Of a stretch of 64,000 nucleotides of DNA, positions 18,555 to 28,108 are shown piece by piece; positions within the stretch are counted from its first letter, which is position 1; the number at the start of each line of letters is the position of its first letter. Made by a program: the position numbers and the translations under genes. Under the pieces are notes generated by a model, which did not search any database, was not told the origin of the DNA, and worked only from the letters and a program-made list of their open reading frames with translations. The DNA lies in the IMG/VR virus record IMGVR_UViG_3300045996_000987. One strand, 5' to 3'. Source of the DNA: a virus.

Positions 18555-19115
18555 CTAGGCCGCGGCGCCCTCGTTCATCTTCGTGCCGGTCACCGTCTCG
18601 ATCGCGTCCACGACCACGCGGGCCAGTCGCATCCGCTCGGGCAGCGCCCGGCCGTTCTCCATGATGAACGCCTTGAGCCGCACCGTGGCGCCCTCGATCG
18701 TCGCTTCGGCGTCGTCGGTGAGGCTCGGGAACATCTCCTTGATGAAGGACAGCATCTCGTCGTGCTCGCGGTTCTGGCGCTCGACCTTGAGCATTTCCTG
18801 CCGCGAGGCGCGCTCCTTCGTCGTCTGGTAGTTCAGGTTGGCCAGCGCCCGACCGATCGCTGACGTCTCGGAGTTCTCCAGATGCGACGTGCGGTTGACG
18901 GGCGACTTGCCCTCGACTTCGCGAGCGAAGCCGGAGGTGTAGACGCCGTTCACCACTTCCTCGGGGTTGCGGAAGATCCGCGCCTCGAAGATGACCTCCG
19001 GCCCCTCGACGTGACGGAGGAAGGTCTGGATGCTGCCCTGCGGATGCTCCACGTAGAACTCCTGAATGCGATCCTTGACTTCGGCGTACTTGGAGAGATC
19101 GAAATTGCCGGCCAT
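18555..19115 (-). CDS. Hypothetical protein
   Basis: 186-aa ORF. Confidence 0.45.
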   Translation of the reverse strand: MAGNFDLSKYAEVKDRIQEFYVEHPQGSIQTFLRHVEGPEVIFEARIFRNPEEVVNGVYTSGFAREVEGKSPVNRTSHLENSETSAIGRALANLNYQTTKERASRQEMLKVERQNREHDEMLSFIKEMFPSLTDDAEATIEGATVRLKAFIMENGRALPERMRLARVVVDAIETVTGTKMNEGAAA

Positions 19116-19191
19116 GCTCTACCTCGACGTGACTGTGGGTACGTGGTACTGCGTCACGTACTACCTCCCAGTCACGCCGGGTAGGACAGGA

Positions 19192-19389
19192 TCATGTAAC
19201 TCTCCTGCTGTAGCGGGCCTTCACGAATAGCTCCGCTTCCTCCACCTCGATCGAATCCTCGCAGACCTCGGAACCGTGCTTGGCCCACGTCGTCTCGCTG
19301 ATCGTACGCGCGAGGTGAGCCCTGCCCCCGCTCCAGCGCACACCGGCCGCCAGCCCATCGAGGAATGCCTGCTCTTCCTTCGTCAGTTT
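19192..19389 (-). CDS. Hypothetical protein (GTG start)
   Basis: GGAGGTGAT-GTG start context. Confidence 0.3.
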   Translation of the reverse strand, partial: KLTKEEQAFLDGLAAGVRWSGGRAHLARTISETTWAKHGSEVCEDSIEVEEAELFVKARYSRRVT

Positions 19390-19655
19390 CACATCACCTC
19401 CAGCAGTACGTCGAACATGTGGGCGGGGCGTGGCTTGTACGTGTGACCGGGCCACCGGGCGATCAACATCTTGGCCTCGGCCTCGCTCGCGGCCTTGCAC
19501 CGCCACTCCTCCTCGTCATCGAAGACATCGTAGACCGGGTGGTCGTACAGCCACGAGGCGGCTTTCTCTGAACTAGCAAAACCGCCCCGGACCTTCTCGC
19601 CCCGGTCGTCGTAGACCGCGTAGGTCGCTCGCGGCTCCTCCGACTCTGTGGGCAT
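19389..19655 (-). CDS. Hypothetical acidic protein
   Basis: 88-aa ORF. Confidence 0.4.
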   Translation of the reverse strand: MPTESEEPRATYAVYDDRGEKVRGGFASSEKAASWLYDHPVYDVFDDEEEWRCKAASEAEAKMLIARWPGHTYKPRPAHMFDVLLEVM

Positions 19656-19656
19656 G

Positions 19657-19977
19657 CTATTCCTCCGTGGCCGTCACCTCGTGCTGGATCTTGGAGAGAT
19701 CGCCGGGGATCTCGTTGAGGGCGAACCGCTCCTTCGCCTTCTGGAGCGCTTCGATCATGCGGTCGATCTCGGCCGGCGAGATCATCAACTCGAACGAGTG
19801 CCCGACGTACTGGCCCTCGGTGGCCGTGCTCTCCATGCGCCAGCCGAGGACGTCGTGCGCCACGACACCGTGCCGCTGCTTCGAGTAGGTGGCGAAGGCG
19901 GCCGACTGCACCGCCTTCTCCGCGTCGAGCGGGATGATGCTCTTCGCGCTCTTGGTCTTTTTGTTGTGGACGATTTC
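19657..19977 (-). CDS. Hypothetical protein
   Basis: Start refined to MEIVHNKK. Confidence 0.35.
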   Translation of the reverse strand, partial: EIVHNKKTKSAKSIIPLDAEKAVQSAAFATYSKQRHGVVAHDVLGWRMESTATEGQYVGHSFELMISPAEIDRMIEALQKAKERFALNEIPGDLSKIQHEVTATEE

Positions 19978-19979
19978 CA

Positions 19980-20477
19980 TCAGCGCGACGCCTCGATCTG
20001 TTCGAGGAACGTCGTGCGGACGCGCGGATCGGCGTGGCGGAAGCGCGCGTAGACGTCGATCCACATGCGGGCCTCGGCCCTGTTGCCTTCGTTGAGGAAG
20101 CCGTTCGCCCGGCTGAACGCCTCCATCGGGGCGTTCGGGCCGTGCTGCTCACCCCACTCGACCGCCATCTGCGCGATGACGGCCCGGTAGTCCGGGGTAT
20201 CGAGGCTGTCGGCGCGACCGTACTCGATCGCCGCCTCGATCGTCTTCTCGATCTCCGGCGAGTCGGTGATCGGCGTGTAGATCTCGAAGCCGTCGCCGCC
20301 CTGCCGCGCCGCGAGGTGCTGCACCAGCACCGGCCTGCCGTTCGGGGCGAGGTAGTAGTACACCGCCTTCTGCGCGCCCTGACCGGGGCGCACGAACTTG
20401 AAGCCCGCCTCTTCGAGCCGGTCGCACGCGACGTCGAAGCGGTTCTTCTCCATCAGCTTGTTGATCTGCTCGGCCAT
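19980..20477 (-). CDS. Hypothetical protein
   Basis: 165-aa ORF. Confidence 0.4.
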   Translation of the reverse strand: MAEQINKLMEKNRFDVACDRLEEAGFKFVRPGQGAQKAVYYYLAPNGRPVLVQHLAARQGGDGFEIYTPITDSPEIEKTIEAAIEYGRADSLDTPDYRAVIAQMAVEWGEQHGPNAPMEAFSRANGFLNEGNRAEARMWIDVYARFRHADPRVRTTFLEQIEASR

Positions 20478-20540
20478 TGTCGTGTCCTCGTCTGTGGGTA
20501 CTTGGGGAACTTACCCGGAACCTCGTCCTACGTACTGCGC

Positions 20541-21209
20541 CTACAACCGGCCGACGTACCCGGAGTACGGGGCCGTCACCGCGGTGACCTTCCATGTGAA
20601 GACGTACTCGTTCGTCACGCCTTGGATTTCGAGCGGGAGGAGCATCTGCAACGACTTCCCGGCGTACTCCGCGTTGTACTGTTCCAGCGACGCGCCGGCC
20701 TGCGCCGTCACGAACGTCAGGCGCGGCAGCATCGGGGAGAAGCTGTTCCCGTACTGGCAGCAGTTCCAGTTCGTCACCGGGGCGATGTGATCCTCGACGC
20801 GACCTCGCCGGACGATGATGGTCGGCGGCTGGGGCTGCGTCCGAGTAGCGTAGGTCACGCCGTTGTGCACGACGCGCTCGCTCGCGCCGTCGAAGCCGAC
20901 GATCGCGGCCTCGTCCCAGTTCACCTTGATGCTATGGTCCGTGAGGTTCGTGATGGTGAGGCGGATGCCGGTGCGCATCGGGACCGCGATCACCTGCACC
21001 AGCGAGTCCTCGAACGTGTATCCGTAGACGCCACCGCTGTCGGCGCCGCGGGTGATCTTCGGGGGGCCGTACCGCTGCTGCGCGTTGGTAGGCCGCTCGA
21101 CCTCCGTGAGTTCGAGGTCGTACCTCGCCTCCTGCGGAATCATGCCGGCGCAGGCGGTGAGGAGGAGGGCCACGGCGAAGAGCGAGAGGAAGCGGGTCGT
21201 GCGGATCAT
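20541..21209 (-). CDS. Lipoprotein (signal peptide with LTAC lipobox)
   Basis: MIRTTRFLSLFAVALLLTAC N-terminus; GGAGTAACCCCA-ATG upstream. Confidence 0.5.
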   Translation of the reverse strand: MIRTTRFLSLFAVALLLTACAGMIPQEARYDLELTEVERPTNAQQRYGPPKITRGADSGGVYGYTFEDSLVQVIAVPMRTGIRLTITNLTDHSIKVNWDEAAIVGFDGASERVVHNGVTYATRTQPQPPTIIVRRGRVEDHIAPVTNWNCCQYGNSFSPMLPRLTFVTAQAGASLEQYNAEYAGKSLQMLLPLEIQGVTNEYVFTWKVTAVTAPYSGYVGRL

Positions 21210-21297
21210 TGGGGTTACTCCTAATGGGGAGGATGGAAGAGGGGCGGCCCAAGATTCAGGCCGCCCCACGGGTACGTCAAGGGTTTACTGCGGTCTA

Positions 21298-22167
21298 CTA
21301 CTTGGCGGCGAGCCCGAACCGCTTCCGGATCTCGGGGAGCGCCGCCCGGAGCGCCACATCAGCCTCGAAGACCGTCTTGTCCTTGAAGAACGGCTTCTCA
21401 TCTCCGAAGTGGATACGCACCGTGCTGCCGTGCCGGGCGGACACCTTCACCTCGACGCCGGTTGCCCCGTGCTGGCCACCGAGGAGGTAGAAGTTGAACT
21501 CCATGCCGCCGCGGCTCGTCCAGTAGTTCATGTGCTCCCCGAGGCTGCCGTCGAACTCGTCGCGCACGAGCGCTTCGAGCACGTTCCGCGGCGTCGGGGT
21601 GTCGAGCGCAGGGGGCTTCGGCTTGGCCGGCGTCTTCTCCTTCGGCTTCTCCTTCCACGCGGTGATCTCGGCCGCCCCGTTCGGCGTCCCCTCGAACGCG
21701 AGATCGGCATCGCGCTTGACCGAGAGGATCTTCTTCGCGCAGTCGGTACCGATCCACATGCCGATCGGGTGACCGTCCTTCGTCTCCCCTACCACGGGGC
21801 ACCACGAGAACGCGCTGTAGATCGCCTTGTTGCAGAGCGCACAGTGGCCACCGTCTCCGAAGCGGCTCGTGAAGAGCGTCCCCTTCGGCCAGCGCACGAT
21901 GCCGACCAGCACTTCCCGCTCCCGAAGCTCCGTGATCTCGCCAGTGCCGTAGTTCCACCAGCGAGCAGTGCGAGCGGGGCACGTAGGGCAGCGCTCCTTC
22001 TTGTTCCACTCCCCCACCTGTCCCGTGCCGTGGCAGGTGGGGCACCGCACCTTCGTGGGCACCTTCCTCAGCACGAGCTTGAAGTCGATGCGCGCAACCT
22101 TCCACCCGTCGATCTTGGCGTTCATCAGGCGCAAGGTCGTCAGCGCCTTCTCGCTGTGCGTGCTCAT
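21298..22167 (-). CDS. Zinc-finger protein
   Basis: CPTCHGTG...CPTC and CALC...C motifs; Lys/Pro-rich linker. Confidence 0.45.
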   Translation of the reverse strand: MSTHSEKALTTLRLMNAKIDGWKVARIDFKLVLRKVPTKVRCPTCHGTGQVGEWNKKERCPTCPARTARWWNYGTGEITELREREVLVGIVRWPKGTLFTSRFGDGGHCALCNKAIYSAFSWCPVVGETKDGHPIGMWIGTDCAKKILSVKRDADLAFEGTPNGAAEITAWKEKPKEKTPAKPKPPALDTPTPRNVLEALVRDEFDGSLGEHMNYWTSRGGMEFNFYLLGGQHGATGVEVKVSARHGSTVRIHFGDEKPFFKDKTVFEADVALRAALPEIRKRFGLAAK

Positions 22168-22193
22168 GTGGCTCCTCGTGGGTACTTGGGTCG

Positions 22194-22628
22194 TCAGGCG
22201 AGATAGTCGTCGTTCGCGATGTCCGCCGCGGCGCTCTCGTACTCTTCGGCCCTACTCTCCAGATCGTCCGCGACCGTTTCGAGCGAGGTGAGGTCGAGCG
22301 AGGGCCAGTCCCGGTCGAGGTTGCTCACCTCCTCCAGCCGTGAGATGGCCTCGGCTACCATCTGCCCATTATCGCCCTCCTGCCACTTCTCGGACTTCTC
22401 GTCGTAGCTGTCCTGCATCTCCGTCGCGAAGCCCTCGGCCTCGCTCTCCGCGTTGGCCGCGGCATCGTCCGCGCGGTCGAGGCACGGCTTCACCTGCTCC
22501 TCGAAGTCGCTCGTGATCTCCACGATCAGATTGCGGACCCTCTGCGCCGCCTCCCTGAGAAAGTTGCCCGTGCGGTTCAGGTCTGCGACGATCGCCTCGG
22601 CGCGCTTCTTCTGTGCCTTGCTGGCCAT
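22194..22628 (-). CDS. Acidic coiled-coil protein
   Basis: 144-aa ORF. Confidence 0.4.
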   Translation of the reverse strand: MASKAQKKRAEAIVADLNRTGNFLREAAQRVRNLIVEITSDFEEQVKPCLDRADDAAANAESEAEGFATEMQDSYDEKSEKWQEGDNGQMVAEAISRLEEVSNLDRDWPSLDLTSLETVADDLESRAEEYESAAADIANDDYLA

Positions 22629-22647
22629 GGTTGTCTCCGATGGTTGG

Positions 22648-22866
22648 TTACTTGGTGTCCTTCGCGTCCTTCTCCTCGACCGCCTTGCGCCACGCCTTGC
22701 ACGCCAGCACGAGCAGTTCGAGGTGCGCCTTCTCGTTCTGTTCCAACTCAGCGAGCGTCATCCACGAGGGGACCGCCATCCTCCCGTCCTTGATTAGCTG
22801 GACGGTCGTGGCGGTCGCCTCGTAGCTCTGGATGGCCTGATGGAGTGGCTTGTCGATCCGCCGCAT
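22648..22866 (-). CDS. Hypothetical protein
   Basis: Start refined to MRRIDKP; the upstream part of the track ORF is Arg-rich noise. Confidence 0.35.
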   Translation of the reverse strand: MRRIDKPLHQAIQSYEATATTVQLIKDGRMAVPSWMTLAELEQNEKAHLELLVLACKAWRKAVEEKDAKDTK

Positions 22867-23084
22867 CAGGGGTACGTCTTGCCGGTCGGCCGCCGCAGGT
22901 GCTTCGGCCACACGTAGAGCGGCGTGCCGTGCTCCGGGGCGATGTAGACCTGACCGATGCTGTTGATCGACAGCACCTCGCACGCCTGCCACCGCTCGGA
23001 CGTCTCGGGCGACGCGGAGAGGGCCGCGTAGTTCACCTCGGCCTTGTCGCCCACGTTCCACTCGCTCGGTGCGCGCTTGGTCAT
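22866..23084 (-). CDS. Hypothetical protein
   Basis: Start refined to MTKRAPSEW; ATGA coupling. Confidence 0.35.
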   Translation of the reverse strand: MTKRAPSEWNVGDKAEVNYAALSASPETSERWQACEVLSINSIGQVYIAPEHGTPLYVWPKHLRRPTGKTYP

Positions 23085-23317
23085 CCGGTCACCTTGGCGC
23101 GTGCCCCCATCGCGATGTGCTCCTTCGCTTCCGCCAGCGAATCCACGCGCCCGTCGTGCTCGTGCTCCCGGAAGATGTCGTACTTGCCCTCGGGGCCATC
23201 GTCGGCGCCGGGGGTCACGTTCTCCACCTGCCACAACTCGCCGTCGTAGACGAAGTAGCGGCTGCCGTCCTTCACCGGGTCGCGCGTGAGCTTCACGTCG
23301 ATCTTCGTCTTGTCCAT
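23081..23317 (-). CDS. Hypothetical protein
   Basis: 78-aa ORF. Confidence 0.4.
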   Translation of the reverse strand: MDKTKIDVKLTRDPVKDGSRYFVYDGELWQVENVTPGADDGPEGKYDIFREHEHDGRVDSLAEAKEHIAMGARAKVTG

Positions 23318-23330
23318 GATCTCCTCGTGG

Positions 23331-23570
23331 TCAGATGTACCCGTGGACCCGCGCCCGCGCCTTCACCTCCTCCTGCTTCTCCGGCCGGAGATCTCCGAGC
23401 CGCACCCACACGTCCCCGCGGGTATTGGCGTCCTTCCAGCCGTGGTACACCACGTCGTCCGGCGCCTTGTCCGCCAGCGCCCGATCGACGTTGAAGTCCG
23501 TGTTGCCGGCCAGCATGCGGTTCCACGTCCGGAGGTAGGGGTACCGCACCTTCTTCTTCTGCTCGGGCAT
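23331..23570 (-). CDS. Hypothetical protein
   Basis: 79-aa ORF. Confidence 0.4.
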   Translation of the reverse strand: MPEQKKKVRYPYLRTWNRMLAGNTDFNVDRALADKAPDDVVYHGWKDANTRGDVWVRLGDLRPEKQEEVKARARVHGYI

Positions 23571-23630
23571 GACTAGCTCCTGAAAGGGTTCACTGTGTTA
23601 TCGCAGTGAGGGGGCCGGGTGTAAACCAGA

Positions 23631-23825
23631 TCAGATCTCCTCGATCTCGTCAGGGTCCAGCAGGATCGCGTGTCGCGCCCCGTCGAAGAACACGCGGTAG
23701 GAAGGCGGGCAGTTCTCGCCGCGGTTCACGAGTTCCGTGACGGTCCCCTGCTTCCCGTACATGGCCTCGACCAGCCGGGTGTTCGCACGCACCCGCTGCC
23801 CAATCTTGAATCGCTTCTCCGGCAT
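23631..23825 (-). CDS. Hypothetical protein
   Basis: 64-aa ORF. Confidence 0.35.
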   Translation of the reverse strand: MPEKRFKIGQRVRANTRLVEAMYGKQGTVTELVNRGENCPPSYRVFFDGARHAILLDPDEIEEI

Positions 23826-23852
23826 GTTTGGTAGGGTTGGCGGTGTGATGAT

Positions 23853-24245
23853 TTACGGGGACGCGAAGAGGGCGTTCACCCGCGCCTGCTCCACCACGGT
23901 ACGCGTGATGTGGCGGGCCGTCTCCTCGTGATCCGCGAGCGGACGGGGACGCCACGACTCCTGCTCCAGAATGGCCTTGATGAGCGGCCCCACGGCGTCG
24001 GAGAGCGCCCGGAGCTTCTGCTGCTCCTGCTCCGTGGAGATGTCGAGGTACCGGCGGATGTTCGCCGCGAGCTTCGGGCTCTTGCGGGCGCGGTCGAGAA
24101 GGATGCGCTTCACCTCGTCGCCGTCGTCGTGCTCAAAGCAGGCCGAGAAGCGGCGGGTTGACGGTCGGCCGCTGCGGATGATCGCCGCCGCAATGTCGGC
24201 GCGCTGCTTCGCCGTGGTGCTCGGCACGTAGGCAATCGCGGGCAT
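23853..24245 (-). CDS. Hypothetical protein
   Basis: 130-aa ORF. Confidence 0.4.
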   Translation of the reverse strand: MPAIAYVPSTTAKQRADIAAAIIRSGRPSTRRFSACFEHDDGDEVKRILLDRARKSPKLAANIRRYLDISTEQEQQKLRALSDAVGPLIKAILEQESWRPRPLADHEETARHITRTVVEQARVNALFASP

Positions 24246-24247
24246 GG

Positions 24248-24697
24248 TCAGATCTCCTCGTAGTGCTCCAGCAGGGAGCCGAGCTTCGACGTGGGCATGG
24301 TATGGATGCCGGCGGGCGTCCGGCAGATCGCGCTATCATCGGTCACGGCGATGAGGTCGAGGGTGGTCGGGCCAAGAGCCTCGTGCCCCTTCCTGATCTT
24401 GAGCCGCACGAGGGCGAATCGCTCCGTCGCCAGCGGTGCCTCGATCATGGCCTCGATCTGCGCGGGCGTCTCACGGACAGTGAGCGGCTTGACGTCCTTC
24501 CCCTTGATCTCGATCACCGACTGAATGTTGCCACGCACGGTCATCCACGAGTCGGGCCAGACCGGGGTGACCTTGGCGATCGTGTCGAGCGGGAGGATCG
24601 TCGGTGTGAAGATGTTGATGGGCGACTTGTCCAGCGCATGCGAACCTTCGTGGACGGTCGTCACCGTGATGAACTGGCGCTTCGTCTTGGTGGTCAT
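24248..24697 (-). CDS. Hypothetical protein
   Basis: Start refined to MTTKTKRQF. Confidence 0.4.
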   Translation of the reverse strand: MTTKTKRQFITVTTVHEGSHALDKSPINIFTPTILPLDTIAKVTPVWPDSWMTVRGNIQSVIEIKGKDVKPLTVRETPAQIEAMIEAPLATERFALVRLKIRKGHEALGPTTLDLIAVTDDSAICRTPAGIHTMPTSKLGSLLEHYEEI

Positions 24698-24987
24698 GGG
24701 TCGCGTTCGAGGTCGAGGGCGAGGTTGATGTGCATGCGGCGGGTGTGCAGGGCGCCGAGGGCGGCGAGGAACCACACCAGCGCGGCGAGTCCGTTGTACC
24801 AGTAGCTCTCGCCGGCACGGAGATCGAGCACCATGCCGATCAGGTTGGTGACGGACACGCCGAGCATGGCGAGGAAGAGCAGGACCATGACCTTCGCCTG
24901 CTTCCGGTTGATGCGGGCGAGCTTCCCGTTGTTGTACCGGATCTCTTCGAGCATCCGGGTGCGGGCCGTCTGAAATGGGTCTGTCAT
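24694..24987 (-). CDS. Small membrane protein (2 TM helices)
   Basis: 97-aa ORF with hydrophobic helices. Confidence 0.4.
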   Translation of the reverse strand: MTDPFQTARTRMLEEIRYNNGKLARINRKQAKVMVLLFLAMLGVSVTNLIGMVLDLRAGESYWYNGLAALVWFLAALGALHTRRMHINLALDLERDP

Positions 24988-25092
24988 ACCGAAACCTCGG
25001 GCTGCCTTACTACCAGTAAGACCCTGAAATGGGGGTGGAATGCGGGAAGATAGGGCGGGGCGCCCGATCCTGCGACGCCCCGTCCCGGTGAC

Positions 25093-26268
25093 TCAATCAA
25101 TCAGGCGAAGGGGCATGATAAGATTCACGCTGCCCGCGATGCCCACCGGCTCCACGAGCGCCGCGCGCTCCGGGGCCTTGAAGCTCATGCTCACGGCCGC
25201 CGTCGTCAGGACCGCGAGCGTGTCCAGCACGTACTGCCCGTTGAAGCCGATGGTCATCGGCTCGCCGGAGTAGAGAACGTCCATCTCCATCTTCGCATCG
25301 CCCTTGTCGGGCGTGCTCGCCTCGGCCACGAGCAGACCGGGCTTGAGCGTGAACTTGATGCGGTGCGTCTGATCGCTGGCCACCGCGACGATCGGCTTCA
25401 CCCGCTTGATGAACGCCTCGCGCTCCACGATGAGCGTGCGGTCGTTGTCCCTCGGGATCACCTGCGCGTAGTTCGGGTACGGCCCCTCGATGAGCCGGGC
25501 GATGATCTCGCCGCCCTCGAAGACGATCTTGAGGTGCGTCCGGTGCGTGTCGCCCTTCGTCTGCTTCCGCTCCGGCGTGACCGTGAGCGTGAGCTTCCCG
25601 CTCGTGTCCTTGCCGAGCGCCTTGACGAGCAGCTTGAAGACGGTCGGCGGGATGATGAGGTCGGGCAGCTTCTCGTCCCCCTTCACGCGCTTCGAGCAGC
25701 GGAGCGCCATGATGTGCCCGTTCGTGCCCACGGCGCGGATCTCCTGCTCGCGCTCCGAGTAGTGCACGTAGAGGCCGTTCAGGATCGGGCGGCTCTCCTC
25801 CTCGGAGACGCACTCCATCGCGGGGAGCACGAGGCCGAGCAACCGCGAGGCGGGGCCGCTCCACGCCTTGTCCGTCGTCTCCCACTGGAACGTCGGGAAC
25901 TCATCCACCGGGAGACTGAGGAGCCGCGAGCGGATGCCGTCGCGCTCCACCTCGACCTTCGGATTTCCGCCTTCGGTATCGGCCGGGATCAGCGCGAGCG
26001 CCACGGTGGCACCCTTCTCGGCCTTGCCCTTCAAGATCTCCCGAAGATCCTTGAGGGGGACCAGCACGTCGCCGTCCGCCGTCGCCTTGGCATCGGGGAG
26101 GACGAGGGTGGTCATGTTGTCGAGATCGGTCGTGGTGATGGTGACGCGCCCGTCGCGTGCCGTGAACTTGGCGTAGGTGAGCACGGGGAGCGTCGCGCGG
26201 CGGGGGCAGGAGAGGGCGGCGACAGCGAGGATCTGCGTGAGGCTGGCGCGGCTCGTCGTGATACGCAT
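25093..26268 (-). CDS. dnaN: DNA polymerase III beta sliding clamp
   Basis: Aligns along the full length with E. coli DnaN: ATLPVL, TTTDLD, SRLLSLPVDEFP, NGLYVHYSE...AVGTNGH, GPYPNYAQVIPRD, DVLYSGEPMTIGFNGQYVLDTL, MPLRL. Confidence 0.85.
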   Translation of the reverse strand: MRITTSRASLTQILAVAALSCPRRATLPVLTYAKFTARDGRVTITTTDLDNMTTLVLPDAKATADGDVLVPLKDLREILKGKAEKGATVALALIPADTEGGNPKVEVERDGIRSRLLSLPVDEFPTFQWETTDKAWSGPASRLLGLVLPAMECVSEEESRPILNGLYVHYSEREQEIRAVGTNGHIMALRCSKRVKGDEKLPDLIIPPTVFKLLVKALGKDTSGKLTLTVTPERKQTKGDTHRTHLKIVFEGGEIIARLIEGPYPNYAQVIPRDNDRTLIVEREAFIKRVKPIVAVASDQTHRIKFTLKPGLLVAEASTPDKGDAKMEMDVLYSGEPMTIGFNGQYVLDTLAVLTTAAVSMSFKAPERAALVEPVGIAGSVNLIMPLRLID

Positions 26269-26330
26269 GGTGGTGATCTCCTAGAGGATACTTGGATGAA
26301 GGAACCTGCGGTTACCTACGGGTACTGCGA

Positions 26331-26570
26331 CTACTTGGCCGGGCGCAGCCAGTCGGTCGGCCGAAGCCAGATGCGCGGCTCACTGTCGCCCGCGAGTGCG
26401 GGTAGTGCAATCAGCACTTCGCCGTTCTTGTGCCCAACTACGATGGCATCGACCTCGTAGTCCTTCGGGTCGTACGATTTGGTGAGGCGCACCCTGTCCC
26501 CGAACTTGTAGTCCGTTGCGAGCACTGGGACGGGCGTGCTACTTGTGGCGCGCTGTCTTGTTCGGGCCAT
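26331..26570 (-). CDS. Hypothetical protein
   Basis: Start refined to MARTRQ; the rest of the track ORF is Arg-rich noise. Confidence 0.3.
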   Translation of the reverse strand: MARTRQRATSSTPVPVLATDYKFGDRVRLTKSYDPKDYEVDAIVVGHKNGEVLIALPALAGDSEPRIWLRPTDWLRPAK

Positions 26571-27156
26571 TGAGGTAAAGCCCCTGTGGGTTGAGGTCCG
26601 TGAGCATGCCGAGACGATCGACGGGCACGAGGATGCGAAGCTCCGCGGTGTGGTGCATCGCCGCGTAGATCTCTCCGGCTGGCCAGCCTTCCACTGGAGC
26701 GCTGGCGAGCGTCTGCCAGCCCGGCCGATCGAGCGGCCCGAGCAGATCGAGGAAGTCCTTCGCCGCCTCGGAAAGCGGGGTCTTCGGGGTGAGCTTGATG
26801 GGCTTCCCTCCGCGTGAGGTTGGGCGGCCCCAACTCCAGATGGAGCCGGAACCGTGCGGCGTGTGACGGCCCTCCGCGGCCGTCCCGATCCAGATGCCTT
26901 TGACCGTCGTGTCGTAGCTCCACAGCGTCGGGTCCACGATGATCGCATCGTGGGCGTAGCAGTCGTGGCCGACCACGACCCACGAGTGCTGGCCGCCGAC
27001 CTTCTTCGCGCTGCCTCGTGCGACCCGGACGAACTGCTCTCCGAAGACGCCGGACTTCACGAGTTGGATGGCTGCGGCGTGGCACGCCTTCGCCCACGGA
27101 TCGAGCGAGCCGCCGAGCGCGGCCATGAGGTCTGCTTCGGGTGGGACTCCCTTCAC
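26539..27156 (-). CDS. Hypothetical protein
   Basis: 205-aa ORF. Confidence 0.4.
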   Translation of the reverse strand: MKGVPPEADLMAALGGSLDPWAKACHAAAIQLVKSGVFGEQFVRVARGSAKKVGGQHSWVVVGHDCYAHDAIIVDPTLWSYDTTVKGIWIGTAAEGRHTPHGSGSIWSWGRPTSRGGKPIKLTPKTPLSEAAKDFLDLLGPLDRPGWQTLASAPVEGWPAGEIYAAMHHTAELRILVPVDRLGMLTDLNPQGLYLNGPNKTARHK

Positions 27157-27329
27157 CTGATCTCCTCCGGCGCCAACTCGCGGAAGTCGTCCTCGGGCTC
27201 GGCGGTGCCGTTGTGCACGTTGGCGAAGTCCTCCTCGACCTTGCTCGCGATGAGGGACGCCGCGAGGTGCGCCGTGTCGCGGTTGGGCGCGTCGATGTCG
27301 AAGTAGATCTTCGTGCGGAAGCGGGGCAT
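27153..27329 (-). CDS. Hypothetical small acidic protein
   Basis: Start MPRFRTK with an AGGAGGAAG RBS. Confidence 0.4.
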   Translation of the reverse strand: MPRFRTKIYFDIDAPNRDTAHLAASLIASKVEEDFANVHNGTAEPEDDFRELAPEEIR

Positions 27330-27331
27330 GG

Positions 27332-27766
27332 CTACTTCCTCCTCTTGAGTGGAACAGATAAGGACAGCTTCGGTGGGCGCTGCCGCGGCTTCTTCTTCAT
27401 GTGCTGGCGAAGCTCCTCCTCGGCCCCGCGCTTCCAGTGGGGGTGCCGCATAAGCCGGACTCGCGTTTCGAGGTGTTGGCGCTCGGCCTCCCACGTACGG
27501 AACCGATCCGGCCCGTTCAAGCGAAAGTCGATGTAGGCCGCGACCGCCAGCTTCTCGGTATCGTCGGCGGCGTGATCCGCCATGCAGTTGAAACCGATGC
27601 GCTGCCGGCCATACCCGCGATACGGCACGACACCCGAGCACTCCTTGCAGACGGGCATGCCACAGGCGAAACAGTCCGGGATCGGCCCCTCCTGCGGTTC
27701 GAGGGCTGGTGGTGCTTGACAGTTGCCCTCCACCACGTCACACGTTGGCCATTGCTTACGGGCCAC
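27332..27766 (-). CDS. Cys-rich hypothetical protein
   Basis: CFACGMPVCKEC motifs; basic tail. Confidence 0.4.
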   Translation of the reverse strand: MARKQWPTCDVVEGNCQAPPALEPQEGPIPDCFACGMPVCKECSGVVPYRGYGRQRIGFNCMADHAADDTEKLAVAAYIDFRLNGPDRFRTWEAERQHLETRVRLMRHPHWKRGAEEELRQHMKKKPRQRPPKLSLSVPLKRRK

Positions 27767-27849
27767 TTCGGAATCCTCGTGGGTAAGGGTAGAGCCGCCG
27801 CCCGTGAGGGCGCGGCGGCTCCGAGAGTCCTGCCTTACTGCGAGTAAGG

Positions 27850-28095
27850 CTACCGGGGCTTGTGCCCTTCGCGCCGCGCCATGACCAGCACGGTCGCCGT
27901 AGCTACGACGCTCGCCGTCGTTGCCAAGTAGGGGACGTCGAAGTACATGCCGATGCCGAGCGCGATCATGCAGAGGATCACCAGCCAGAGCCCGGCTGGC
28001 GTGGGCCGGCGCAGGACGAGGCGAGCGATGGCGATGCCCACGCCCGCGGAGAAGATCGTGATGGCCGCTGCGATGATCCAGAAGGGTTGCGTCAT
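27850..28095 (-). CDS. Small membrane protein (2 TM helices; possible holin-like)
   Basis: Start refined to MTQPFWII. Confidence 0.35.
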   Translation of the reverse strand: MTQPFWIIAAAITIFSAGVGIAIARLVLRRPTPAGLWLVILCMIALGIGMYFDVPYLATTASVVATATVLVMARREGHKPR

Positions 28096-28108
28096 GTGCC
28101 GGCTCCGG

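Noticed and set aside
22866-23234. Full-length 122-aa ORF and the 137-aa ORF 22648..23061
   Set aside because: The N-terminal halves are Arg-rich noise; only the C-terminal parts starting at coupled internal ATGs look like real proteins (kept as 22648..22866 and 22866..23084).
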